Source of the DNA: Eledone cirrhosa | Lineage: Eukaryota | Direction: 5' to 3' | DNA: 64,000 nt | NCBI GenBank assembly: GCA_964016885.1 | Contig: OZ024743.1 | Span: 222,332,001 to 222,396,000 of the forward strand | Shown here: positions 52,422 to 64,000 of the stretch, piece after piece | How the letters are laid out: each line of letters opens with the position of its first letter | Position numbering within the stretch: the first letter of the stretch is position 1 | Program-made: the position numbers and the translations under genes | Notes under the pieces: model-generated | Seen by the model: the letters and a program-made list of their open reading frames with translations, nothing else | Told to the model about the DNA's origin: nothing | Databases searched by the model: none

Positions 52422-55400
52422 CTGTGTGAACAAATGCAATCAGGTTCTGCTTGACCATTTGTTGAGAGAAAGAAGATAGTTTCTTTGAAGTGTTATTAAC
52501 CAAGGCCAGGTAGCCATTGGAGGGTTCAGTCACCAGGAAAATAAGGTCCCCTTCTTTAGAGTCAGGATCAACTGCTCTGAGATGATCACTTGTTAATATG
52601 GTTACTGATTGATTCCACACCTGCATACCTTTGTTGCGTATGATCAGTGGTAGTTGGTCATTGATTGGTTTCACTTTTATTGATAATCTTTTCTCTTCAC
52701 TTTCTTGACCGTTAACCTTCAACTTACCAGAGATCCAAAGATGATCAAGGGATGTCTCACTGTCATCATGAACATAATAGATGAGCTCATCAAGGAGTTC
52801 TTGAGAGGTAAACCGAGAAATTGCGTTGCCTTTGTTCATAATGGATTCCAGCCAACCAAATCTGGGTTGTTTTGTTACATTATAGATCACTAGCTTATCT
52901 TCAAAATGTTTCCCTCGAATGCGGATATTTTTCTTGGTCAGCATCTGGCTTTGACCTTCTGATACAGTAACATTTGACAGTTGCAATGGTAATATTTTTG
53001 GCAGTATGTCAATGACAAACTCGAGATTATGCAACTTTTTAAATCCATTAGTGACGTCAAAAATGAATCCATCAGTATTGGTCTCGACATTCTTTTGTAT
53101 CTGTTGGTGAATATATTTCAGTTTTTCTTCATTGATATCTTCTTGTGTGAAGGTGATATTACTTTTCTCTGTATACAACACATCACCAACAGAAAGAAAG
53201 CCAAATCTGGGAGGTGTGATAACATGATACTGGATATCAATTGGGAATGAATCAGGATGACTCACATGCAAGTAGCTGTTAGTTATGATTACACTCTGGC
53301 TTTCATTTATCACCACAATTTTATTATGAATTACATGAGGTGGGTGACGCTGGCTCTCCAGAAAAAGCAGAATTGAGAAAGATCCTTGCGTTTCTGAAAC
53401 ACCGGCCTCAACAGCAAATTTGAAATAGTCATCAAGTTTACTGTTTCCATTGTGGTTGTATGTTAACATGTCACGTTTGATATCAGCAAGAGAAAAGCTG
53501 TTAATTTTTCTATTATCAAGAAGTAATACACCATACATTGGTTTTTCCATCACAAAGAAAACAATCTCTTCATCTCTGACATTAACATTAGTTTCAATAC
53601 TAAGATTATAGGGAGTGATCGTAACACTTTTCCCCTTCAATACTGACACTCCTGTGTTGTTGAGGACTTTGATAAATGGAGCAGAAGCCTCGATTTCAAG
53701 GATAGATTTGGTTACAAAATGTCCATCTGTTACTGAAAATGTGAAATAGTCAATTGGAACACCCGTGTTCTTCACCAGTAGCTTTCTATCGATTATATCT
53801 TGTTGTGTAAATTGATAGACATAGCTTCCATCAAGGCTGTTTATAAGGTAACGATCAGATTTATCTGTTAAGGTGTAGACAAGTTTGTTGTCATCAAAGT
53901 TGATATCAGGGTCAGTAAATGCAAGATCATGAAGGCTCAGTGTTCGTTCTCCATTAAGAATTATATAGAAGGGTTTATCAACAACACGTTGTGGTGAATT
54001 GTCATTTTTCATTATAATCTGGATATCAAAGTGACCAGAGAAATCAGATAGTTCTTCTTGTTTACCGGTTGGCTGCAGAATGATAGGAGTGGCTGTAAAG
54101 GCAAAAGAATCCGTTTTGTGTTCAGATCCTTGATGGACATACATTAAGCGGCTTTCTCGGATATCTTTGTTTGTAAAAGTTTCAACATTTTCTTTGGTGG
54201 TCATCCGATAGTGTGGATCAACTATAATCAGTTTACCATACTGGGGTGGTTTAAACACAATGTATTGAAATTCCCGATGTTTGTCCATTTCAATGTAAAG
54301 ATCATTCCGAGTGATAACTTTCTTTTCTCCTTCCATTACTCTCTCCAGGCCATTGTTAATGTAGCGAACATCAGTCTCGTTAGGAATATATTCTATATGG
54401 AAACGAAGACGCCGAGGGGGCACACCTTTCACAGAAAGGTGCATGTCTATAGAATCATCTAGGCTGCTATATGATTGCCTTTTAAGGCTGTAGTGAATCA
54501 TATTACTGCGCAGCTCATTCAGTGTGAAAGACCCATCTCTTTGAAGAGGCTTAAGTTTTTTCAAGGCAGATGTTGAAGTATCTGGCTTCGCCCGATACAG
54601 GTTGCCATTAGAAGGAGGGCGTACAATAGTAAAGAAAACTTCTCTTGGAGGTATTCTTTGAGTATTCAACTTGACATTGAGATATTTAGTTGAAAGCACT
54701 TTTGACATGGTGTATCTTAAAACAAGTTTCTTGTTAGCTACAACACTCAGTTGAACCCCAACAAACTTGATTCTAAAAGCCTCAACATTGGTATGGGCAT
54801 CCTGACATGTAACAGTGTATTTAAATATATCTGAATCTGGGGTGGAGTTAAAAGGTTTGCTGAAATATCGAATGCGGCCAGCGTCGATATGACGCTGTAC
54901 AAACGTGGTTACAGGAAGCCAGACATTGTTTTCATGTTTACGGCGCTGGATTTCCCCATAGTACGGACCTTCGTTGACAATATAACGAATTTCAAGATTT
55001 CGGTTTGGAACGTTGGTACTGAACGATAAATTATTTGAGGTGATGAGAGAGTGAGAACCGAGAGGTAAGTACAAACCAGTGTTGGCTTTGATAGTCAACT
55101 TTAATTTCATTGCACGAATGAGCATGTCAGTAACTCTTGATTCAGAAAAGCCATCAGTTACATATATGCGAATAAAAGCCACAGTTGAATCACGCTGTAC
55201 AAGCCAAATCTTGCCTGAATTAATGTCAGCTTGACTGAATGTTTTTATTGGTATACCTGGTTGAGAAGAATTTTCAAAGAAGCACTGTGATTCAATTGGA
55301 TACTCTAAGTGATAAATCAATTTTTCAGGCGGTGTATCTGGATCGTCAGCCATAAGTATGGATTTCTGGATCTGTACTTTAGAATTTTGAGCTACTTGAA

Positions 55401-57014
55401 TTTCTCCGTTAGGACGAAGCCTGAGGATTGGAGGGTCATTGCGTGGGATGATTTCAATTGGTAAAACAAACCGATAGATACGCTTTAGTTCAGGTACCAG
55501 GCGATGACTACTTCCAATTATCTTCACTTCTATTGTGACATCGTCACTGAGAGTATCACTGCCATCATGTCTATATGCAACATTTCCTTCTTGAAGCTCT
55601 TGCTGTGTGAAAGAGTGTCTTTCAATAGTTCCTTTCCGTGGAAGTATGAGAACTGTGAATAAAATGGCAGAATCATGGATACCAAAATCTTCATAATTAA
55701 ATAGTATATTGATGTTGGTTGTAGTAATGATCTTCTCAGTTTCCTCCTCAACGACCAACTTCTGAACAGCTACAAAGTCAAAGTTGCGATCTGTATTTGA
55801 TGATGGACTAACTGCTATTGGTTTAATACAATCACCTGTGTCGCAGGAACATTGAAATCTATCAAAACCAATTTCTTCACATTGAGCATCATTTATGCAA
55901 GGACTAGAAGCACATGGGTAATGCCAAAGACATGATGTATCAATTTCACGACTAATTTCAATGTCTCGAAAGCCAAACTGTCGAGAATTGAGGAAAATGT
56001 CTCGGAAGCAACCTTTTATGGAATCAGAGGAGTTGTGGTCAAGAAGTGACGTCAGCCCTCGTTCCATAGCAAGGCCTTTAGATTTGAGACGTAAGCCGCC
56101 TAAATATAAATAGCCTCCCAAGTTGAGGTACATTTTATTCCCAAAATTAGTGCGTGATACATTTTCATGACCATCAATTGTTAGAATTAGAATTTGTTGG
56201 CTGATTTTTATAGTAACTGTATGCCAGAGGCCATTACTGACATCTAAATTTGAGAATACTTCAACAACACCATTCCCTTTATCAACTGAAAGCTTTATTT
56301 TGGAATTGAGAATTTCCAAAGAGATAAAATCTGGACTGAGAGGTTGTCCTTCACAGAAGAGCAGAAGACCTGTTTGTGTCCTGGTGCGGAAGTCGAATGT
56401 AATCTCTCCTTGTTCCCGAATTCGTAAATGAGGAAAAGCAATGAATGAAGTATCAGAAAGAAGGGTTATGGGCTGGTGATTGCCCGCATCAAACTCACTG
56501 TCACATGACCAAGAAACTTCAACAATATTCAGTGGATCTTTCAAGTGCCGAGCTTTTCGTATGATATTTTTCTTATTAAAGAACACTTTTTCCATACATC
56601 CCCGGAAGTTATAGCTGTTGGAGAGGACATTTTGATAAGAACCGGTTCCTCCTAGAAAGATTCCTTGGTTGATAGTCAGAGTACGAAGTTCTTCAGCAAC
56701 TTTAATGGAAGTGTTGAAGATTTTGTCAATGGACAGTGTAGCAGTGTTGTTTGTACGTAGGAAGTGGACATCATGCCATTGGCGATCATGGAGTCGCACC
56801 TCTGGATTGGACTGAAGACTTGCGCTACCTGAGCCCAAATCAAAGTGAACATGAATGATGCCAGACTTCAGTTCTATGATGCAATAATCAGGCTGACCAG
56901 CAGCAAGCAACAGCAAACCATAGGGACGGTGAGTTTTGAAACGAAGTTTGATATTGGTATTGCTTGAAGACTCTTGCAACGGCACATGAACATAGCTTTG
57001 GCCATAGAATGAAA
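52422..57014 (-). CDS. CSPG4: CSPG4/NG2-like proteoglycan, 4593-bp internal exon: two laminin-G domains, EGF-like module, CSPG repeats
   Basis: Acceptor tttttcag| before (V)SFYGQSY; GLLLLAAG, FRGCM; donor CACAG|GTAAGT at 52421. Signal-peptide exon not found. Confidence 0.92.
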
Positions 57015-57689
57015 CTGAAAAATAAGAAAGAGAGAAACCAGCATGAAATATCAGAATATAAAAAAACAAAAATACAAGGATCAACACATCAAATAAACAA
57101 AACAACAGGTATTTTAAGGCAATTTACCCTACTAAAGCAAGGGTTAACCTTACAGATCCCACAAGCTTCTCAATTTTGCTCTATTGACTGCATTCCATCT
57201 CATCAACACCCTGGCTTTCATTTCCTCCTCCATCATCTTTAGTCGTGGTCTTCTGCTTCCTCTACTTCCTTCCACATTTGTTTCCCTCACACACACACAC
57301 ACACGTATGTATGTATACAAAAGATAAGCAGAAATAACATAGCAGACAACACAGTACAATGAAGATATATATTAGTTTAACACTTGGTATAGTAGGAAAC
57401 AAGTTTTAACGTTTCAGACACTAGTCCTTTACCAGAAGATAGAATATGAAATAGAAAGATAGATAGTTTGAAGAGGAATGAATGGAATAAAAAAAAAACG
57501 TTTTGAGAAAAAAACACATGTATTCAGCCTTATATATATATATATACATATATATATAGTGATAAAAAACTGGGAGTTTATATTTGTAGTAAGTAGTGCA
57601 CTCAGTCTATAGGGCGAGTTCGGTATAGAGTTAGTCCCATGACAAATTAGCAAACCGTACTCGAAGACACATGTTTCACCCAACAGATT

Positions 57690-57816
57690 CTCAACTATAT
57701 ACTGTATTAGTATTATCTTCTCAAACCATAACCTCCTTAATAAAAAATCAGAAGTGTTCGCGTCATGCCAGCACCGCTTCCGACACTCCTTCCAAAACTT
57801 TAAACCCAATATATAG
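57690..57816 (+). mobile_element. Remnant of a PLE endonuclease C-terminus in the CSPG4 upstream intron
   Basis: Reads LLNKKSEVFASCQHR, matching LN.R.E....C.HR of the other PLEs; downstream of a (TA)n tract. Confidence 0.55.
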
Positions 57817-59531
57817 CAATGTCAGACTTGAACCCATCACCACTTCTAGCAACACACCTCAAGGGCACACCTTACACCACAACCCCACACTCAATTAACA
57901 CAATTCGTGACATCTATCTAAAACCTTTTACCCTAGAAATATCCCCATGTACACCTGCTTTTAGTATAATTACTTTTAATTACTTAGACTGCATTATATC
58001 ACTATATAATTATATGTAATCTTTAAATACCGAATTCAGCAATGAATTATTTGTGCAAATGTTGTTGTATATATGGAGTGCTATCATTAGATAAATAGAA
58101 GATTAATTTATTAACATAAAAGAGCTGTATAACCTATATGTTGAGTACAATGAATTATGTACAAGTGGTATGTGAGTTATACATACATGTATAACTTGAT
58201 AGACAGATTAATGACATTGTAAGTGAGAATTGTTTTTTGGTTTACCCTAGAGATATTTAACTTTACCATGCAATCAGCCATACGCTGACCCAGAGCTTAT
58301 AAATAGACGTGGTTCTAATAAGACCCTGTCAGGTTCTGTGAGTAGACTACATCTACAAAGAACTTTGATATGGAGATCTGACTCTTCGTATGGAATATTC
58401 AGTTGTAGCACTCTATGATAGGGAGTAATCATCCTTTAGTACTTCATGATAGAGTAGACTAATTTAAAGATAGGATACTTAAATTTGGAAACTGTATATA
58501 ACCGTATATATAAGGGACTCAATTGAAACACCTTTTAATGTATGTTGGAATAATAAATTTAGTTATAGAAATCAGCTAGTTACCTCCCCTCACGCATTAA
58601 CTCCCCTTAATCACACACATACTTCCGGAAAATAAAACGATGTAAATTCTCGCAACAGAAACAACCTGCTCTATAAAATTGTTATTAGTTATTAGTTTTG
58701 AATAATGAAAAATGTTATAGAAAGAAAAGAAAGATGAGAATTACACAAGCTGAGTTGCTACTAGAAATTGACAACAATAGCTTTAAGATGAATAGGATCA
58801 AATATTGAAGGAAATAGTGGATGGAGAATAAGGAAGACATAAAATTAAATCTTTGCCTTTATGTGGTTTGAGGTTCAATTACATTGCATAGCACTCCGAG
58901 CAAGTGTTTTCTATTATAGCCTTGAATTGACTGATACCTTGTGAGTGAAATTTGATAGTTGGAAACTGTATGAATGCTCAACATATGATTTCTTTTGAAT
59001 GAAACAGTTCTAGTCTTGTAGAAGCCATTTCTATATTAAACTTGATGTTTACACCCTACTACTGTAATGAATACCTTACTAATTGTGGTTACCCCTGATT
59101 GAACCGGAGACTTATATTTATATATCCGCATCATTTTTACATCTGTTTTTCCACTCTTACATGGGATGGGTTGGACATATATATATATATATATATATAA
59201 TCATTATTTAACATGTTTTCATTGCTAGCAAGTATTAGTCAGGTCACACAACCCAAGTCAGTACATAATTAGAGCTACTAACCACTCAGATAGGCCAAGC
59301 ATATACAATGGACAAGGAGGCTACAATGGACAAGGAGGCTACATTTAAACTTGGAACACAGAGCCAGAACAGACACCACAAACCATCCCATCTGACTCTC
59401 TAACAATGCTGCCAATTTATTGCCCCTCGAACTGCTATTTGATTTATCGACCCTATAAAGGAAGACAGGCAAAGTTGACTTGGATAGAATTTGAAGTCAG
59501 AATGCACAGATCTGAAACAGATACTGTAAAA

Positions 59532-60030
59532 CAGAGATTCTCAAACTTTTGTCGTCCCCGCATGGTCACGTAATACCCCCAGCGCCCCCCAAACCTATTT
59601 CTAGAGAGACCTGTCTGCACGCAAATTGTAAATAATATATAATAGATAAAATCATTAATTTATACATAATAAATAATTGTTTCTACGTTTGGCACAAGGC
59701 CAGCAATTACCCAGTACATTACTGGTACTTTATTTTATCGACCCCGTAAGGATGAAAGGCAAGTTAACCTCGGCGGGATTTGAACTCAGATCATAAAGGG
59801 ACGTAACTCTATGCTTCAAAGCATGGCATCCAACCCTTCACTGATACTGCCAATCCATAATATATACTATGTATAAATAAATATTATATATTTTTTATTT
59901 TACTATATATATAATATGTATCATTTGATATTTAATATACTATTATATCATCTCTACCCAGTGCCCCCTGGACCTTCTCAATGCCCCACCCCCATCCCTG
60001 GGGTGGTAGCACCCACTTTGAGAACCTCTG
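59532..60030. mobile_element. hAT-type MITE with perfect 8-bp TSD ctgtaaaa
   Basis: CAGAGATTCTCAAA...TTTGAGAACCTCTG termini. Confidence 0.88.
59672..59856 (-). mobile_element. SINE nested in the hAT MITE
   Basis: Family sequence. Confidence 0.88.
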
Positions 60031-60294
60031 CTGTAAAACATCCCATCTGACATTTTAATAATTCTGCTCTTCCATTGCACCCTGGACTGGTACTTTATCA
60101 ACCCAACAGGATGACTAGAAAAGTTGACTTTCCTAAGATTTGAACTTTGAGTACAGAGAACAGGAATAAATACTGAAACATTTAATTCTAAACCTTAATG
60201 ATTTGCATGAAGATAGACATGAAACTAATACTTTGTTAGCAGTTTCTATAACTGTTGTAGTTAGGAGTTAAATAGCAGGCAGTGTTATAATAAT

Positions 60295-60464
60295 TGTTTC
60301 TACTTTTGGCACAAGGCCAACAATTACCCAGTACATTACTGGTACTTTATTTTATCGACCCCTTAAGGATGAAAGGCAAAGTTAACCTCGGCGGGATTTG
60401 AACTCAGACCGTAAAGGGACGTAACTATGCTGGAAAGCATGGCATCCGACTCTCTACCGATACT
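60295..60464 (-). mobile_element. SINE copy with 28-bp TSD
   Basis: gttaaatagcaggcagtgttataataat at 60267-60294 and 60465-60492. Confidence 0.9.
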
Positions 60465-61179
60465 GTTAAATAGCAGGCAGTGTTATAATAATGTAACCCA
60501 CTAGTAACCTATAGAATTCTCTACTCCGGCTTCATGTAGCAAATTGGGTGTGGTGTTGTGGTAAACTAGGTGTGGTGTTGTAGTGAAGGAATAACTAAAC
60601 AAGCAATTCCCCCTCCCCACTGACAACATGAGAAATCTTATATACATTTAGATATTTATTTGTTTTTAAATTTAAAGAAAAGAAAACAAAAACACATAAA
60701 CACATGGTGTATATACTGGTAGAGAAGTCAGATGTTTTTACTAAAAAAATTGAGCCATACCAAAACTGCATCTAACTTATCTATTAAACCTTGCTCTAAG
60801 TTTGAAATTCACAGCACTCACTAACACATATGCATACACATACACAGAGAAAAATAACAGTGTTGGATGAGTTGGTCATGTCCATTTTCACTCTCTATCA
60901 ATATCAACATTGTAAACAGAAATACATTGATGATGTCTCACGCAAAAACAAAAATGACTTCTACATATGTGAAATATTTATAGTTTTCTATTGACCAGTT
61001 GTAATCCTAATGTCCATTAAATGCTACATATATTGTCAGTCAGTCAGAAGTGGTGATTTACCACTTCACACCGTTCCCATTAATCTGTTCATTTTAAGCA
61101 TAAAACGCGTTACTATGATATCTATGGTTGTGACACTTTGCTGGATATTAGATATTGTCAAAGTATTTAAAGAAACACT

Positions 61180-61550
61180 ATCTTAAAACTGGAATGCAGA
61201 GAATATGCAAAGATTGGGGAGAAAGGAAGCAAGCATGCTTCGATGAATATGCAATGTTAATTTGTGGGAACGACAAAGCATGGAAGAACTGAGAAAAAAA
61301 AATAACAGGGTATAAGAGGAGTTAAATGAAGTGTGCATGAGCGAAGACTGTGCTTGTACAGACATGTGATGCACATGGATGATGATCACGGAGTGAAGAT
61401 GTGCTAAGAAATCCAAGAGGATGGAAACTGCAGTAGAGGGAGACCAAGGAAGACTTGGGTGAAGATTGTCAGAGCTGATCTCAAATCGTTGAAGCTAACA
61501 GAGGAGTTATGAAGGAATGTAATGATCGACGAAGGAAAACTCTGATGTAA
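61180..61550 (+). mobile_element. Decayed RTE 3' fragment
   Basis: RKEASMLR..RGRPRKTW. Confidence 0.75.
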
Positions 61551-62197
61551 AACCTGCGACTTGATGGCAGTCAATGATGATCTCTTTAGATAACTGTCAT
61601 CGTTGTTCAGAGGGTAGGATTGGTCCAATGCCAAGCCTTTCTTCAAGCACAAGCATCACTTAATCTAAACAACTGTCATGTGTGTGATGCAAGCATGGCC
61701 TTTTCTTTTTTTATTCACTGTAGCATATGCAGAAAGGAATCTAAGTCCTTAAAATGGCTAAAAAGTCTTGTTTATGCCACTCATATATGAGAAAAAAGTC
61801 AAGATATGGCAATTCTTGAAACTATGATGCAGCCATTATATATTGTAATGAACCCATACATACACATCCCCATTCACATTGTCATACACACTCACATTCA
61901 CACAAATATACACATATACTTATTTATAAAAGCATACACATATACATATTCACACAGTCATACGTACACACACAGACACATACACAAAAGCATACACAAA
62001 TATACATGGACAAAAAGAAAAGTGAGAAAATGTTTCAAGTAATGGAAATATAAAAGAAATGAAGGACAAAGCTACGTCCCCACCCTCACGGGGGGGGGGG
62101 GGGGGGGGCAGATCTCAATTTGACACTGTGGTTCTTAAAATAAACATGTTGGTTGTGCATTCTTGAGCAATGTAACAAGGATGAAAAACTGTGAAAC

Positions 62198-63010
62198 AAC
62201 AACTACTACTGCTACTACAACTGCAGCTATTGCTGCTGATACTACTACTGCTGCTGATACTACTACTGCTGCTGCTATTACTACTATTACTACCACTACT
62301 GCTGCTACCACCACCACCACCACTACTATTACTATTTCTACTGCAATTACTACTACTACTGCAGACAAATAATTAGTTGAGGGAAAACTTTAATTAAAAT
62401 TGAAGACAATATGTGAAGTATATGTGTGTATATATATATATGTATGTGAAGTATATGTTGTATGTATGCATGTAAAGTATATGTGTGTCTATGGGTGTAT
62501 GTATGTATGTCTATGTGTGTGTGTCTGCATGTACGAATGTGTATGTGAAGTATATGTGTGTATAAACTAGAGAGAGAGAGGACTAGAGAGTTTACCTTGA
62601 TGTAAGAGATATGTTGAAAATGTAAAAGGGAAAAAAGAGGAACAACAACAATAAGACAACAACAGCAACAACAACAATATAAGGAGAGAGAAATAACAAA
62701 ACGAAAAATAACAACAATAAAACAACATTGAGTAAACAACAAACAAACAACAGCAGCAACAACAACAACAGTAGCCGAAAAGAATAGCAACAACAACATC
62801 AGCTACACAGCAAACAATAGCAACATCAGCAACAGCTACAACAACAGTGGCAGCAGCAGCAACATCAGCCATATAGAGAACCACAAAGAACAATAGCAAC
62901 AACAACAGTGGCAGCAACATCAGCAACAACAACAACATCAGCCACATAGAGAACCACAAAGAACAATAGCAACAACAACAACAGTGAGAGCAACAACAAT
63001 AACAACAACT
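62198..63010. repeat. Low-complexity ACT/GCT/CAA triplet and TG/TA repeats
   Basis: Seen directly. Confidence 0.8.
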
Positions 63011-63586
63011 ATAATATAAAACAATTCAAAAACAAGGAAATAATGAATTTGAAGTATATTGAACAATTGAACACTGATAACCAATATCTCCCCCCCCCCC
63101 AACACATCACCCTTTGCCCCCTCCACCAACATCTCCATCTACCCCCACCAACACCCTCTAACCTCAACCATCACCACCACCAAGATTAAACGTGGTCAAT
63201 ACATAACTGAAACAGTCTTTAACCCTTTTGTTACCATATTTCTAATGAAAGACAATGCCTATGATTTTTTTAATTATTTTGAAAATAATGAAGAATATGA
63301 AGGGATTTAGTAATATAACTAAATTTCTCATTGTTATTAAGCTGGTGTTTCAAACAACTTAATAATGGTTCTTACATAAAATTATGATGGAAGTTTTTTT
63401 TTTAAGATAAATTTTCAGATAAATATAAATAACATATTTGATGGTTTAATTTGGACAGGCATTTAAAAAAAAAAAATGAATAAATGAGTTTAAACTTCAA
63501 CTGTCATGTGAAGGATATATATATAGTTTGTACATCATATACTATAATAAAGGGAGTCTTTATAATGATTCAACATTGTAACTCTA

Positions 63587-63704
63587 ATGGGCGACTGCTG
63601 GTCTTCCACAAACAACATTGCCCGGACTTGTGCCTCGGAGGGGGAACTTCCTAAGGGTAAATCCCATGGTCATTAGTGACCTAAGGGGGTCTTTACCCTT
63701 TTAA
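63587..63704 (+). mobile_element. Short retroposon 3' end with ~12-bp TSD at(t/c)gtaactcta
   Basis: TSD, terminal stem-loop ggtca-ttag-tgacc, TTTACCC tail. Confidence 0.5.
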
Positions 63705-64000
63705 ATCGTAACTCTAGTTGTAATATTTTAGTACACTTTTAAAACATAAGGAAGTGTTTGCGGTTTCATTTAAGGGCCATTGTAGCACTAGAACTCCATT
63801 AACCAGTACCCCAAACTGACCCAGGCCCACTGCAACACTAGAACTCCACTAGCCAGTAACCCAAAATGACCCTTGAATTTATAAGACGCGGGATGATTTT
63901 CTGGACATTTTTTTTGAAAAAAAGTATAATACTTTAAAAGAAACAGTTGAGTGTTGTTCAAGGAGGGGCAGTTTGAGGTGGTTCCTGTGCTGGATTAAGG

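Noticed and set aside
57015-57105. Hydrophobic N-terminus of the 1563-aa ORF as a signal peptide
   Set aside because: Corresponds to the intronic polypyrimidine tract before a good acceptor at 57015.
63587-63704. HDV-like ribozyme
   Set aside because: Could not assign P1/P2/P3 pairings; TSD and tail fit a truncated retroposon 3' end.

Overview
AT-rich, microsatellite-laden eukaryotic DNA. The repeat landscape suggests a cephalopod such as octopus, but this is inference. One host gene is clear: a CSPG4/NG2 (kon-tiki-like) proteoglycan on the minus strand, with two very large coding exons (52422-57014 and 47696-50427) and its first exon not located. The rest is transposon-derived: two near-full-length RTE LINEs carrying a PHD-like finger plus RTE fragments, three Penelope-like elements (PLEs) with inverted pseudo-LTRs, a decayed Gypsy gag-pol, tRNA-derived SINEs, hAT- and piggyBac-type MITEs, and minisatellites. 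The most notable hidden signal is a set of unrelated inverted-repeat (foldback) inserts sitting in (TA)n tracts. Five of them carry minimal type I hammerhead ribozyme motifs on both strands, including two U3-A8 core variants and one with a ~90-nt expanded stem II. One minus-strand copy lies downstream of CSPG4 in the same orientation as its transcript. All structures were read by eye; nothing was folded or searched computationally.
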